Shown: piece after piece, positions 1 to 10,777 of the stretch
How the letters are laid out: each line of letters begins with the position of its first letter
How positions within the stretch are numbered: position 1 is the first letter of the stretch
Source of the DNA: Gammaproteobacteria bacterium
GTDB taxonomy: Bacteria; Pseudomonadota; Gammaproteobacteria; Eutrophobiales; Eutrophobiaceae
NCBI GenBank assembly: GCA_963422205.2
Contig: CAXMWX010000011.1
Span: 32,001-96,000 of the forward strand
Length of the DNA: 64,000 nucleotides
Direction: 5' to 3'
Translations under genes and position numbers: made by a program
Notes under the pieces: model-generated
Databases searched by the model: none
What the model was told of the DNA's origin: nothing
What the model saw: the letters and a program-made list of their open reading frames with translations, nothing else

Positions 1-92
1 AACATCCTCTTCAGGCCATTGGGATTGAGGAAAGGCATGATGCCTTCGATGATAAAAACCAGCGCCACCGCAGAGAGCAAATCAGTCCACAT
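1..92 (-). CDS. DUF2065 (YjeT-like) small membrane protein, 5' part only (runs off window start)
   Basis: Manual translation MWTDLLSAVALVFIIEGIMPFLNPNGLKRM...; this family typically lies directly downstream of hflC. Not in ORF track. Confidence 0.85.
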   Translation of the reverse strand, partial: MWTDLLSAVALVFIIEGIMPFLNPNGLKRM

Positions 93-133
93 CATCCGGC
101 TGATGGCAGGCTGCAACTGTTTTTAGAGATCGT

Positions 134-160
134 AACAAAGCCGGGGGGAAGCCCGGCGTT
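134..160 (-). terminator. Putative intrinsic terminator after hflC
   Basis: Minus strand GCCGGG-cttccc-CCCGGC type hairpin followed by TTTGTT, about 20 nt after the hflC stop. Confidence 0.55.
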
Positions 161-179
161 CTGATAGTAAAATCACGAC

Positions 180-1058
180 TTATCTGCCTTGCATACCATT
201 GCCCTGCATATTATTAAAGTAGCGGAAAAATTCCGAGTCCGGCTCTAATAACAGAATATCCTGGCCATTGCTGAAGCTGTTACGATACGCATTCAGACTT
301 CTGTAGAGCGTATAGAACTCCTCATCTTTGCCAAATGCAGAGGCGTAGATCTCGGTCGCCTGGGCATCACCTTCACCACGGATGGTCTCTGCATCCCGAT
401 AGGCATTCGCCAGAATGATCTGTCTTTCCTTATCGGCATTCGCCCGAATGCGCTCGGCCGCTTCCTCGCCACGGGCGCGAAAGTCCTTGGCCACACGGGT
501 GCGCTCGGCACGCATGCGATCATAGACTGAGTTGCTGACCTCCTCCGGCAGGTCGATGCGCTTGGTGCGGACATCCACCACAGTCACGCCCAACTCATCC
601 AGCAGTTGTGCCGTCGTGCCCTCAACCACCTCCAGGATCTCGCCGCGCTCGCCAGCCACCACCTCCTGCACCGTGCGCTTGCCAAACTCATCACGCAGGG
701 CGCGGTTGATGCGCTGGCTTAACAGATCGTTGGCGGCGTCTATATTGCCCTTGGTTGCGGTGTAAAAGGTTTCCACATTGGAGATGCGCCACTTGACATA
801 GTAATCCACCAGCAGGTCTTTTTTCTCTACCGTGAGAAAACGTTCAGCCTGCTGATCCAGATTAAGCAGGCGGTTATCGAACTTCTGTATCGTATTGACG
901 ATCGGGATCATAAAATGCAGGCCGGGTTGATAGCCGGAATCATCAATCTCGCGAAACTTGAACAAGATGGCCTGCTGGGTTTGCTGAACACGAAAGGTAA
1001 ACAGATAAAACAACACCGCCGCGGCGATAACAAGGCCCAAGGCTATTCTGGTATGCAT
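180..1058 (-). CDS. hflC: FtsH protease modulator HflC (SPFH/band 7)
   Basis: N-terminal TM, SPFH domain, RMRAER motif, follows hflK. Confidence 0.96.
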   Translation of the reverse strand: MHTRIALGLVIAAAVLFYLFTFRVQQTQQAILFKFREIDDSGYQPGLHFMIPIVNTIQKFDNRLLNLDQQAERFLTVEKKDLLVDYYVKWRISNVETFYTATKGNIDAANDLLSQRINRALRDEFGKRTVQEVVAGERGEILEVVEGTTAQLLDELGVTVVDVRTKRIDLPEEVSNSVYDRMRAERTRVAKDFRARGEEAAERIRANADKERQIILANAYRDAETIRGEGDAQATEIYASAFGKDEEFYTLYRSLNAYRNSFSNGQDILLLEPDSEFFRYFNNMQGNGMQGR

Positions 1059-1060
1059 GA

Positions 1061-2233
1061 TTATCTTGCCCCCCTGGTGCGGTTAGTCAAGCGATCGCGT
1101 ATGTCCTGCACCGTGCGACCGGCCGATTCGCTGTCCACAGTACGCGGCACATTAAAACCCGATGTGCCACTCGGCGGATTGTTCAATAGCTTGTCAATAG
1201 GTAAATACATCAGGCTGTTACCCCCCTCGGCATCAAGCAACACCTTGTTGGTGTTGGTCAGCACCGATTCGATGGACTCGATATACAGGCGCTTGCGGGT
1301 GATCGCCGGCGCCCGTGAATACTCAGCCAGCAGCTGGTTGAAGCGGGCGGCATCACCCTCGGCGCGGGCGATGCTCGATGCCTTGTAGCCATTGGCCTCT
1401 TCCCGCACCCGGGCCGCTTCACCCCGGGCACGAGGTATGATGTCGTTGCGGTAGGCCTCGGCCTCGTTCACCAGTCGTTGCTCATCCTCACGGGCCTTGA
1501 TTGCATCATCAAACGCGGCTTTTACTGCATCCGGCGGCTTGGCCGGCTGCATCTCCACGGTCACCACCAAAATACCCGCGGCATAGTCTTGCAGGATCTT
1601 CTGTATCAAGGCTTTTTGCCGGGAAGCAATCTCGCTGCGTCCCTCGGTCAACACAAAGTCGAGCTTGCTCTTGCCAATCACTGAACGTACCGCCGATTCG
1701 GTCACCTGTCGCAAGGTCTCTGCCGGTTGTCTCACATTAAACAGGTAATTGAAGGGATCGTTGATACGCCACTGCACCGCCACTTCCACATCAACGATAT
1801 TCTCATCCTGGGTCAGCATGGAGGCACGATGATTGATCGAGCGCACCTGGCCAACATTCACGCGCACCACCTCATCGATCGGCGTTGGCAGGGTGAAGCG
1901 CAGCCCCGGGTTGAGCGTGGTGACATAACGACCAAAGCGCTTGACCACCCCCCGCTCCTGCTGATCTATCTGATGCGTTACGTTATAGGCAATGACAAGC
2001 CCGACCAGCACAAGCAGAATTACCCAGATAATCGCCGGGCTACCACCCCCACTGCCGTGTTTCGTTGTAGATGATTTTTTGCCAAACAGACCACCAAAGC
2101 CTGCCTGCATTTTTTTGACAATCTCATCCAGGTCGGGCGGCCCCTCATCCTGGTTACGGCCACCCCACGGATCTCTGTTGGGATCTTTACGGGGGTCTTT
2201 ATTTTTTTTATCTGGCGGTTCGTTCCAGCCCAT
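1061..2233 (-). CDS. hflK: FtsH protease modulator HflK
   Basis: MGWNEP...DPWG...GPPDLDE N-terminus, MLTQDENIV, AFDDAIKAREDE. Confidence 0.97.
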   Translation of the reverse strand: MGWNEPPDKKNKDPRKDPNRDPWGGRNQDEGPPDLDEIVKKMQAGFGGLFGKKSSTTKHGSGGGSPAIIWVILLVLVGLVIAYNVTHQIDQQERGVVKRFGRYVTTLNPGLRFTLPTPIDEVVRVNVGQVRSINHRASMLTQDENIVDVEVAVQWRINDPFNYLFNVRQPAETLRQVTESAVRSVIGKSKLDFVLTEGRSEIASRQKALIQKILQDYAAGILVVTVEMQPAKPPDAVKAAFDDAIKAREDEQRLVNEAEAYRNDIIPRARGEAARVREEANGYKASSIARAEGDAARFNQLLAEYSRAPAITRKRLYIESIESVLTNTNKVLLDAEGGNSLMYLPIDKLLNNPPSGTSGFNVPRTVDSESAGRTVQDIRDRLTNRTRGAR

Positions 2234-2273
2234 TTTTTATCCTCAGCTAACTGTGAATGAAAACTTCAGCACA

Positions 2274-3608
2274 TCATGGTATCACAAACCGGGAGGCGTG
2301 CGGTCGCATTACCTGTTCCGGCTTGAGACCATTTTCCTGGCATAACCGCTGCAATACCGCAGGGGCGACCTCGATCTGCATCAACCAGTCGCCGTTCGCT
2401 GCCACCTCTTCGGCATGTACCCTGGCACAGGCAAACAGCCCGGCACGAAGCCTGCCGGCGGTGGCGGGCAGCTTGAGGTCATGTGCAAAACGATCGCCAC
2501 CAACCGCCGCAGCCAGCCGCTGTTTCAAGCTGGCAATCCCGACCCCGGTCCTGGCCGATACCCAGGCTTTACCTGTGCTGCCATTCCCCGATCTTTCGGC
2601 AGGCAGGTTATCTGGACACAGATCGATTTTATTGTAGACGATGATCTGCGGTATGTGCTGTGCGCCCAATGCCTGAATGACCTGATTAACCTCCGCAATG
2701 CGTAACTGGCTGTCCTCATTGACAGCCACCACATGTAACAGCAGATCAGCCGCCCGCACTTCTTCCAGTGTGGCATGAAATGACTCGATCAAATCATGCG
2801 GAATATGGCGGATAAAACCGACCGTATCGCTGAGTAATATGCCGGTGTTGTGCTGCAATTCAAGCCGTCTGATGGTGGGATCAAGCGTGGCAAATAATTT
2901 ATCTGCCGCATACACATCCGCACCGGTCAGGCGATTGAACAAAGACGATTTACCGGCGTTGGTGTAACCCACCAGGGATGCCTGCAAAAGTCGGCTTCTC
3001 TTGCGTAGACGCTGGCCCTGCCGCCGCTGGCGCTTGACCTTCTCCAGGCGGGCATTGATCGTCTTGATGCGCTTGCCCAGCAGGCGCCGGTCGGTCTCCA
3101 GCTGCATCTCGCCCGGGCCACGAAGGCCAATGCCGCCTTTTTGTCTTTCCAGGTGCTGCCAGCCCCTGACCAGACGGGTAGAGAGATGCTGCAACTGTGC
3201 CAGTTCAACCTGCAATTTACCCTCATGGCTGCGGGCGCGTTGTGCAAAAATATCCAGAATCAGACCGACGCGATCAAGCACCCGGCAGCTAACGATTTTC
3301 TCTATATTTCGCTCTTGTGCCGGCGTTAAGGCATGGTTAAACACGATCAACTCAAGCTGCTGCTGCCGGGCCTGCTGTGCCAACTCATCCACCTTGCCGC
3401 TGCCGATAAAGCAACGGGGGTCTGGCACGGCACGGCTGCCCTTGATGATGGCTGCCGGTGTGATACCCGAGGACTGGGCAAGCAACAGAAACTCATCAAA
3501 CTCCTCGTTGTACTGTGGGCTGCGGAAATTGATGTGAACAAGCGCCGCACGCACGCTGGCCCTGGCAGTGGCCTTGGCCCCGGCAGTAGCGTTGACATCA
3601 CGTCTCAA
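2274..3608 (-). CDS. hflX: Ribosome-splitting GTPase HflX
   Basis: LDIFAQRARSHEGKLQVELAQL, GPGEMQLETDRR, GYTNAGKS, DTVGF, NKID. Confidence 0.97.
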   Translation of the reverse strand: MRRDVNATAGAKATARASVRAALVHINFRSPQYNEEFDEFLLLAQSSGITPAAIIKGSRAVPDPRCFIGSGKVDELAQQARQQQLELIVFNHALTPAQERNIEKIVSCRVLDRVGLILDIFAQRARSHEGKLQVELAQLQHLSTRLVRGWQHLERQKGGIGLRGPGEMQLETDRRLLGKRIKTINARLEKVKRQRRQGQRLRKRSRLLQASLVGYTNAGKSSLFNRLTGADVYAADKLFATLDPTIRRLELQHNTGILLSDTVGFIRHIPHDLIESFHATLEEVRAADLLLHVVAVNEDSQLRIAEVNQVIQALGAQHIPQIIVYNKIDLCPDNLPAERSGNGSTGKAWVSARTGVGIASLKQRLAAAVGGDRFAHDLKLPATAGRLRAGLFACARVHAEEVAANGDWLMQIEVAPAVLQRLCQENGLKPEQVMRPHASRFVIP

Positions 3609-3629
3609 AATGCAACACCGTATCCAGCG

Positions 3630-3869
3630 TTATTCGGCACTCTCATCATCGATGCGAGGCAGTTTGATGTTCCTTGTCGGGACGATTGTTGAAACAGCAT
3701 GTTTGTAGACGATCTGACTGATTGAATTTTTCAACAGGATGACGAACTGATCAAACGATTCGATCTGCCCCTGTAACTTGATGCCATTCACCAGATAAAC
3801 AGAAACAGGAACACGCTCTTTCCTTAAATTGTTAAGAAACGGGTCCTGTAGTGTTTGCCCCTTGCTCAT
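3630..3869 (-). CDS. hfq: RNA chaperone Hfq
   Basis: [13 protein letters not shown]...YKHAVST Sm motifs. Confidence 0.98.
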   Translation of the reverse strand: MSKGQTLQDPFLNNLRKERVPVSVYLVNGIKLQGQIESFDQFVILLKNSISQIVYKHAVSTIVPTRNIKLPRIDDESAE

Positions 3870-3939
3870 GACTGATCTCCTTTACTGACATGATAGTTAT
3901 GCTTCAAACAAATACTGAAAATCCCAACATGGCAGTATA

Positions 3940-4896
3940 TTACAAAGTGTTGCTGAAAGCCGGATATTTGTTGATTTCAGATAAAATTTTATTCGCAATG
4001 CCGGTATCGCCAGCAGCCAGCCAGATGGTGTCTGCCTCCGCCCGGAACCAGGTAAGCTGCCGTTTGATGAGTTGCCGTGTGGCGGCGATGGCCTGATCAC
4101 GCATCGTCTGATAAGAGGATTTGCCTGCCAGATGCTGCCAGACCTGACGATAACCCACCAGGCGCATGGCATTCAGGCCGGGGTGCATATCCTCCCGCCG
4201 GTAGAAGCCATGCACCTCATCCAGCAGGCCCTGGGCAAGCATCCGCTCAAACCGTGCGGCCACCGCCTGGTGCAATACCGCCCTCTCGGCAGGTGCCAGG
4301 ACAAACTTCACCAGGCAGGCGTTCAACGGGGCCACTCGGCCGGCGGCCAGCAAGGCGGACAGGGGCTTGCCCGTGATGACATAAACTTCCAGGGCGCGCT
4401 GGATCCGTTGTGGATCATTGGGGTGGATACGTGCTGCACTCGGCGGGTCAATCTCAGCCAGCCTGGCGTGCGCCCTGTGCATCCCCCATTGCTGCATCCA
4501 GGCCGACAGCCGGGCACGAGTCGCCGCATCGGTGGTGGGCAGCGTGGAAAACCCCTGCTCTAAGAGACGAAAATACAAGCCCGTCCCCCCCACCAGCAAC
4601 GGGATATTGCCCCGTTTTCGAATCGCCTGAATGGCCGCCAGCGCATCCCGGCAAAACCGGCCGGCAGAGTAGTTTTCCGTCGGCTCGCAAATATCGATCA
4701 AGCGGTGCGGGGCGATGGCCTGTTCGGCCGGTGTCGGTTTGGCTGTGCCGATATCAAGGCCACGGTAGACCAGGGCGGAATCCACACTGATGATCTCTAC
4801 CGGCAGATGTGCCTGCAATGCCAGCGCCAGCACCGTCTTGCCGCTGCCTGTTGGCCCCATCAGACCGATAAGCGGTAATTCAGGACGGCCTTGCAT
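3940..4896 (-). CDS. miaA: tRNA dimethylallyltransferase
   Basis: GPTGSGKT, IISVDSALVYRGLDIGTAKP, VGGTGLY. Start moved to ATG at 4896 (MQGRPELPLIGLMGPT). Confidence 0.96.
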   Translation of the reverse strand: MQGRPELPLIGLMGPTGSGKTVLALALQAHLPVEIISVDSALVYRGLDIGTAKPTPAEQAIAPHRLIDICEPTENYSAGRFCRDALAAIQAIRKRGNIPLLVGGTGLYFRLLEQGFSTLPTTDAATRARLSAWMQQWGMHRAHARLAEIDPPSAARIHPNDPQRIQRALEVYVITGKPLSALLAAGRVAPLNACLVKFVLAPAERAVLHQAVAARFERMLAQGLLDEVHGFYRREDMHPGLNAMRLVGYRQVWQHLAGKSSYQTMRDQAIAATRQLIKRQLTWFRAEADTIWLAAGDTGIANKILSEINKYPAFSNTL

Positions 4897-6599
4897 TGAG
4901 TAAACTGGCCAGCTGTTCGGCATCGAGAACACGCCAGAGCCCGGGATGTTCTTTTGTCTGTGTGTCCAGCGTGGACTCCGCCATCCAGCCAAGACACATC
5001 ACAGCTTGTGACGGGGTGATGTTCGCAACACGCATCAACACACTCTGGCACATCGCTGCGATGATCCCAGGGCAGCTGGCATCTGTGGTGTTGCTGCCAT
5101 TTAAGGCCCCCGCCTATCGCCGTCAGTAAATCTGCAATATTTCCCTCTTCCAGCAGCGCCGGAATCGCCTTTATCTGCACGGTATTGATGCCCGTCAGGC
5201 GAATATGCACCCCCAGCCGCTCCAGGCGGTGCTGATGGGTTTCGAGTAGTTGAAAATGCGCTTGTGTGACCTGTTGCATAACCGGCACCAGCAGCGGCCG
5301 GTGTTTGATGGCATCCTGTTCAAACTGCATCTGCAAGCGTTGTTCAAGCAGCACACGCCACAGGGCCAGGGCATCGATCAACCAGCCAGCCTCACCACGT
5401 TCGACTATCAGATAGCGGCCGGCCAGCAGCAGAACCGGCCCCTGTTCAGCAAACAATGAAGCTGACCGGGCGCTGGCTACATTGGCAGCCGATGGGGGCC
5501 GGCGGGATAACAGCGCTGGCGGCGAGTATGGCGGCAGCGGCCGCTCGGCTATTTGCTGGCTATCCGATGCCGGCGGTATGCAGTAGCTGGTGGCCTCGTC
5601 CAGGACGACTCGCAAGCTGCTGTGGATGAAGTTATGTATGTCCCTCGGCTGCTTGAAACGTACCTCGCTCTTGGTCGGATGGACGTTAATATCCACCCGC
5701 ACCGGGTCTACCTCCAAATACAGTATCCAGGTGGCATAGCGCCCCTGGGGCAGCCGGTCGGCATAGATCATCCGAATGCTGCGTGCCAGCCGCGGGTCAC
5801 GAATTAGCCTGCCATTGATAAACAGGTACTGCATGTCAGACTGGCTACGATGATGATGCGGCTGCCCCAGCCACCCCCAGATACTGGTGTTTTCCTGCTG
5901 GCAATTAACACGCACGGCATTATCGAGAAACGCCTTGCCCATGATCTCCGCCACCCGCTGCTTTGGGTCAGCGCTGCTGTCACGGCAGTTCATGATCATT
6001 TTATTGTTATGCACCAGCCGGATGCGGTTTGCCAGCCGACTCAAGGCCAGACGCTTGACCATCTCATGCACATGTAAAAATTCGGTGCGCTCCGCCCGAA
6101 GAAATTTTTTTCGGGCGGGGGTCGGCTGGAATAAATCATCCACCGCCACGCTGGTGCCTGCCGGATGCGCTGCCGGTTGCAGGTGTCTGTAGTTACTGAC
6201 CGGATCGATGGCCAGTGACCATCCGGTCTCTGCCGCCTGAATACGGCTGTTGAGTTGAAAACGCGCCACGGCGGCGATACTGGCCAGGGCTTCACCACGA
6301 AACCCCAGGCTGCTGATACAATCGAGATCACTTTGCGCCCGCAGCTTGCTGGTGCTGTGCCGGTCAAGGGCTAATTCCAGGTCTGCCGGATGGATACCAT
6401 GCCCGTTATCACGCACCAGAATATGCCGTGTCCCGCCCGCTTCCAATTCGATCATGATGTCATCGGCACCGGCATCAAAGGCATTTTCCAGCAATTCCTT
6501 GACCACCGAGGCCGGCCTTTCAACCACCTCACCGGCGGCGATCTGGTTTGACAGCGTCCGGGGTAATTTTTGGATGCGGGGCAGCGTCATCGTCATCAC
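4860..6599 (-). CDS. mutL: DNA mismatch repair protein MutL, with apparent +1 frameshift at the C5 run 5107-5111 (repaired frame would stop at 4880)
   Basis: NQIAAGEVVERPASVVKELLEN, DNGHG, LGFRGEALASI, VDINVHPTKSEVRF. The MutL-like tail (HPGLWRVLDAEQLASLL*) lies in another frame. Confidence 0.93.
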   Translation of the reverse strand: MMTMTLPRIQKLPRTLSNQIAAGEVVERPASVVKELLENAFDAGADDIMIELEAGGTRHILVRDNGHGIHPADLELALDRHSTSKLRAQSDLDCISSLGFRGEALASIAAVARFQLNSRIQAAETGWSLAIDPVSNYRHLQPAAHPAGTSVAVDDLFQPTPARKKFLRAERTEFLHVHEMVKRLALSRLANRIRLVHNNKMIMNCRDSSADPKQRVAEIMGKAFLDNAVRVNCQQENTSIWGWLGQPHHHRSQSDMQYLFINGRLIRDPRLARSIRMIYADRLPQGRYATWILYLEVDPVRVDINVHPTKSEVRFKQPRDIHNFIHSSLRVVLDEATSYCIPPASDSQQIAERPLPPYSPPALLSRRPPSAANVASARSASLFAEQGPVLLLAGRYLIVERGEAGWLIDALALWRVLLEQRLQMQFEQDAIKHRPLLVPVMQQVTQAHFQLLETHQHRLERLGVHIRLTGINTVQIKAIPALLEEGNIADLLTAIGGGLKWQQHHRCQLPWDHRSDVPECVDACCEHHPVTSCDVSWLDGGVHAGHTDKRTSRALACSRCRTAGQFTQCKAVLNYRLSV

Positions 6600-6697
6600 C
6601 CGGCAAGAGTAGATTCCTCATCCGGGAAAGTCCAGCACAGGCCGCCCGGATGCGAATCGCTCGCCGGCCCATTGGCCCGCAAGCACAGGCGGACAAC

Positions 6698-8050
6698 TCA
6701 GCCGCCCGAGGATGACGGGATTCTCAACACCTGGCCTATTCTGATTCGATCGCCCCGGATCTGGTTGATCTGCTTCAAGCGGGCGATGCTCACCCGGTAC
6801 TGCGTGGCAATGTCAGACAGGGTATCGCCACGGGTGATGACATGTTGCCGGGCGATGTGTTGCCGGGCCGCCAGCAAAGTGCCTTCGGGGGCGCTGGTGT
6901 AAAAATAGCTTCGCAGGCCGCTGACGATGGCTGTCGTGAGTTTGTCCTGGTGGGTTTTACTTAACAGCTTGCGCTCTTCCTGCGGGTTGGAAATAAATGC
7001 TGCCTCAATCAGAATAGAGGGAATATCGGGCGACTTTAATACCGCAAAGCCCGCGGATTCAACCCGCCGCTTGTGCAGCTTGCCTACCGATTTCAAGCCG
7101 CTCAACACCTTCTCGGCCACATCAATGCTCGCTTCCAGACTGGCCGACTGCGATAAATCCAGCAACACCGAGGCCAGCATGTCATCTTTATCATCCAGCT
7201 TCACACCGCCGATCAGATCCGAGGCATTTTCCCGCTGTGCCAGCCAGCGCGCATGCACACTGCTGGCCCCGCGGGTGGATAAGACATATACAGAAGACCC
7301 CTTGACCCGCGAATCCTTAAACGCATCGGCATGGATGGACATAAACAGATCAGCCCGATATTTGCGCGCCAGCTTGATCCGTTTTTTCAGGCTGAGATAG
7401 TAATCGCCTTCACGTATAAGCACCGCCCGCATTCCGCGTTCACGATTGATTTTTTTGTCCAGACGTCTGGCTAGTTGCAGAACAATGTCTTTCTCCCAGC
7501 TGCCTTTAGGGCCACGCGCCCCCGGGTCTTCCCCGCCATGGCCTGCATCAATGGCAATGATGACATCACGCAGTGCCGCTGTCGGTACCTCATCGGCAAT
7601 AAGCCGAGCGGGTGCGGCCTCCTCCTCTTCCTCGCCATACAGATCGATGACCAGACGATGACCGTAGCGCTGATTCGGGGTTAATTGAAAACTCTTTACC
7701 CGAGCAAATTTTTTCAAGTCCAAGACAACACGCAGGTGCTGCTGATGGGGCGCACTTCGAAGGCGTTGCAGGAACTTGTCCTGTGGTGTTGGCTGGGTCA
7801 GTCTGGCGGGTGCGCTGATGTCCTCGATATCGACCACGACCCGAAAAGGATTATCCAGTGATTCCAGTCGATAGCGGACACGCTCGCTGACATCAAATAC
7901 CACCCGGGTGCTGTCCGGGGCAGACCAGATACGAACAGTTTTGAGATCACTATCTGCCCCCTGACTGTGGGCCGATACCAGCAAAAAACCCAATGAAAAA
8001 CAAGCAGTTAGTAAAAATCGCATGAAACTCTGACCCGTTTGCATTGACAA
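6698..8050 (-). CDS. amiB: N-acetylmuramoyl-L-alanine amidase (AMIN + Amidase_3 + LysM)
   Basis: Signal peptide, AMIN-like region, IDAGHGGEDPGA, SIHAD, C-terminal LysM (HVITRGDTLSDIA); located between tsaE and mutL. Confidence 0.92.
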   Translation of the reverse strand: MSMQTGQSFMRFLLTACFSLGFLLVSAHSQGADSDLKTVRIWSAPDSTRVVFDVSERVRYRLESLDNPFRVVVDIEDISAPARLTQPTPQDKFLQRLRSAPHQQHLRVVLDLKKFARVKSFQLTPNQRYGHRLVIDLYGEEEEEAAPARLIADEVPTAALRDVIIAIDAGHGGEDPGARGPKGSWEKDIVLQLARRLDKKINRERGMRAVLIREGDYYLSLKKRIKLARKYRADLFMSIHADAFKDSRVKGSSVYVLSTRGASSVHARWLAQRENASDLIGGVKLDDKDDMLASVLLDLSQSASLEASIDVAEKVLSGLKSVGKLHKRRVESAGFAVLKSPDIPSILIEAAFISNPQEERKLLSKTHQDKLTTAIVSGLRSYFYTSAPEGTLLAARQHIARQHVITRGDTLSDIATQYRVSIARLKQINQIRGDRIRIGQVLRIPSSSGG

Positions 8051-8128
8051 TGGTCATCATAATTTCAATTTTTTATTAAGAAATCAAGCTATCTCAGTGT
8101 TTTTTATGGGTTTATATTTAATTCTTGT

Positions 8129-8590
8129 CTAAACAAGCGCCCTGACTTCGGCCAAAGCCCTCTGGCCCAGCGCCGTTCCCGCCGTGCATGATAAGTCCCT
8201 GCCGGGGTTTTGCATGCACAGCACAATCTCAAGATCAGCCCGGCCCAGCAAACCCGCCGCCCGCTCCGGCCACTCCACCAGAGAACAACTCGGCGGGTCG
8301 AAATAGTCACGATAGCCGATCGAATCCAGCTCAGCGGCATCGGCCAGGCGATAAAAATCAAAGTGATAGATGGCATGCCCCTGCAACTGATACGACTCAA
8401 CCAGGGTATAGGTCGGGCTTTTGACCGCCCCCTCATGCCCCAGGCTACGCAGCAGGCCACGCACGAAGGTGGTCTTGCCCGCCCCCAGCGCTCCTTGCAG
8501 ATGAATGTTTATCCCCTGCCCGACATACCTGCCGAACAAACCGGCAAAGGTCTGCAAACTGGCCTCGCTGCGACAGTGAAGCCTCAACAC
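8129..8590 (-). CDS. tsaE: t6A biosynthesis ATPase TsaE
   Basis: GALGAGKTT, VKSPTYTLVESY, HFDFYRL, VEWPE. Confidence 0.96.
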   Translation of the reverse strand: MLRLHCRSEASLQTFAGLFGRYVGQGINIHLQGALGAGKTTFVRGLLRSLGHEGAVKSPTYTLVESYQLQGHAIYHFDFYRLADAAELDSIGYRDYFDPPSCSLVEWPERAAGLLGRADLEIVLCMQNPGRDLSCTAGTALGQRALAEVRALV

Positions 8591-10135
8591 CTAGACATTC
8601 ACCAGCCGCCGGATATGGGGCAACAGATCGCTGGCGAGCAGGCCACGTTCACCCGCACGGGCAGCCGCATCGCCGGCGGCGGCATGGACGTACACCGCCA
8701 GACAGGCCGCCTCGCCCCCCGACTGACCCTGGGCGAGCAAGGCGGCAATCATCCCCGACAACACATCGCCCATACCGCCGCTGCCCATGCCGGGGTTACC
8801 GGCGGTGCAGATATAGATGGTCTCATCGTCACCCTTGACCAGGCTGCCCGCCCCCTTGAGGACGATCGTTGCGCGGTATTTTTGCTGCAACTCGGCAATC
8901 GCCTGAAACCGATCCTGCTGTATGGTCATGGTGTCGGTCTGCAACAGCCGGGCGGCCTCACCCGGGTGTGGCGTCAGCACCCGATCACCAGATGACGTGC
9001 CAGTCAGACGGGTTGCTTCACTCGCTTCTTCGGCAAGCAAATTTAACGCATCGGCATCCAGCACCAGCGGCACGGTTGCCTGCAAGGCCAGAGTGAGCAA
9101 CTGCACCGCCCAGGCAGAGCGCCCCAGCCCCGGCCCGATGAGAATCACATCCGCCCGCTCTGCCACCGCCTGCACCTCGGCGACCTCCTCTGCCGCCACC
9201 GTCATCAGCTCAGGGCGATGGATGGCCAGTGTGCGGGCATGTGGCTTGCGGGTGGCGACCGTGATAAGCCCGGCCCCGGTGCGGGCGGCGGCCGTGGCGG
9301 CCAGGCAGACTGCCCCCAGATAACCGTAATCACCGCCGATAACCAGCACATGGCCGTGCCGGCCCTTGTGGGCGGTGCGTTCACGTGGTGCCAGATACTG
9401 CCGGCGTATACCCTCTTGCAGGCGGTACCTGCTGGCGGCCACCTGCTGATAGAGGGCATCCGGCAGTTGCAAATCGGCAAATAACAACTCGCCCACGCAA
9501 TCCGGGCCAGAGGCGGTCAACAGACCCTGCTTGATTCCAACGAAGGTAATCGTCTGGCTGGCCGCCACAGCCGTGCCGAGGACAGCCCCGCTATCGGCAT
9601 CCAGACCTGAGGGCAGATCCAACGACACCACCGGCACAGCGGCCTGGTTGATGAGGGTGATGGCATCGAAATAAGCCCCGGTAACAGGACGTGTCAGCCC
9701 GGTGCCGAGCAGCGCATCCACGATCAGTTCGGCAGCTGCCAACTGCTGCCGGTCAAGTGCCATCGAGACCTCGGCAGATTGACAATACAACTCGGCAGCC
9801 TTGAGGGCATCGCCGGTCAGCGACCGGGGCGGGCTTAAGGCGATGAGCTGAACATCCAACCCCGCCTCTCGGCCAAGCCGGGCAACGATATAACCATCAC
9901 CGGCATTGTTACCGCCACCACACAGAATCAGCAGTGATCGGCAGGCCGGGTAGCGGGCGGTGATCACAGCGAAGGCCGCGGCCCCGGCGCGCTGCATCAA
10001 GGCAAGGCCGGGTATGTCATGCGCTGTCATCGCCAAGTGATCCAGCATGCGTACCTGCGCGCGGCTGTAGACGGCTGCCGGGATGTCGGCGGTGAACAGT
10101 TGGCTGTCGTGATTCAGGCCGCTGTGCTTCAGCAT
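8591..10135 (-). CDS. nnr: Bifunctional NAD(P)HX epimerase/dehydratase
   Basis: [50 protein letters not shown]. Confidence 0.95.
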   Translation of the reverse strand: MLKHSGLNHDSQLFTADIPAAVYSRAQVRMLDHLAMTAHDIPGLALMQRAGAAAFAVITARYPACRSLLILCGGGNNAGDGYIVARLGREAGLDVQLIALSPPRSLTGDALKAAELYCQSAEVSMALDRQQLAAAELIVDALLGTGLTRPVTGAYFDAITLINQAAVPVVSLDLPSGLDADSGAVLGTAVAASQTITFVGIKQGLLTASGPDCVGELLFADLQLPDALYQQVAASRYRLQEGIRRQYLAPRERTAHKGRHGHVLVIGGDYGYLGAVCLAATAAARTGAGLITVATRKPHARTLAIHRPELMTVAAEEVAEVQAVAERADVILIGPGLGRSAWAVQLLTLALQATVPLVLDADALNLLAEEASEATRLTGTSSGDRVLTPHPGEAARLLQTDTMTIQQDRFQAIAELQQKYRATIVLKGAGSLVKGDDETIYICTAGNPGMGSGGMGDVLSGMIAALLAQGQSGGEAACLAVYVHAAAGDAAARAGERGLLASDLLPHIRRLVNV

Positions 10136-10671
10136 GTAAAAAAGACGTCTCGGTAGTAGTGCAACTCGTCAATGGAATCGCGAATGTCCTGCATCGCCAG
10201 GTGGGCTGATTTTTTTTGCCACGGCGTGATGTCTCTGCCCCAGCGTTGCGCCAGCTCCTTGACCGTGCTGACATCGAGGTTACGGTAGTGGAAAAATTTT
10301 TCCAGAGCGGGCATGTGCCGGTATAAAAACCGCCGGTCCTGACAGATGCTGTTACCGCACATGGGCGAGGTGTTCTCCAGCGCATGGCACCGCAAAAAAT
10401 CCAGCGTTTCGGCCTCGGCCTCGGCCAGGTTGCACGTGCTTTCCCGCACCCGTTGCAACAGGCCGGACTGGCTGTGCTGGCGGGTGTTCCATTCATCCAT
10501 GGCCTGCAACACAGGCTCGGCCTGATGAATCGCAAACACCGGCCCGTCAGCGAGAATGGTCAACTCCCTGTCGGTGACGATGGTGGCAATTTCAAGGATG
10601 AGATCGCTGTCGGGGTCAAGCCCGGTCATTTCCAGATCTATCCAAATCAAATTCTCTTCAGAGACGCTCAT
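10129..10671 (-). CDS. orn: Oligoribonuclease
   Basis: [39 protein letters not shown]. Confidence 0.97.
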   Translation of the reverse strand: MSVSEENLIWIDLEMTGLDPDSDLILEIATIVTDRELTILADGPVFAIHQAEPVLQAMDEWNTRQHSQSGLLQRVRESTCNLAEAEAETLDFLRCHALENTSPMCGNSICQDRRFLYRHMPALEKFFHYRNLDVSTVKELAQRWGRDITPWQKKSAHLAMQDIRDSIDELHYYRDVFFTC

Positions 10672-10777
10672 GCCGCTGTCCTGCCCCGGATGATCAAAAT
10701 TAAGTCATCATTTTAACTATCGTCTTAATACGAAATATACATGGGCATTGCAAACAGAATTTTATTACACTGTCGGC

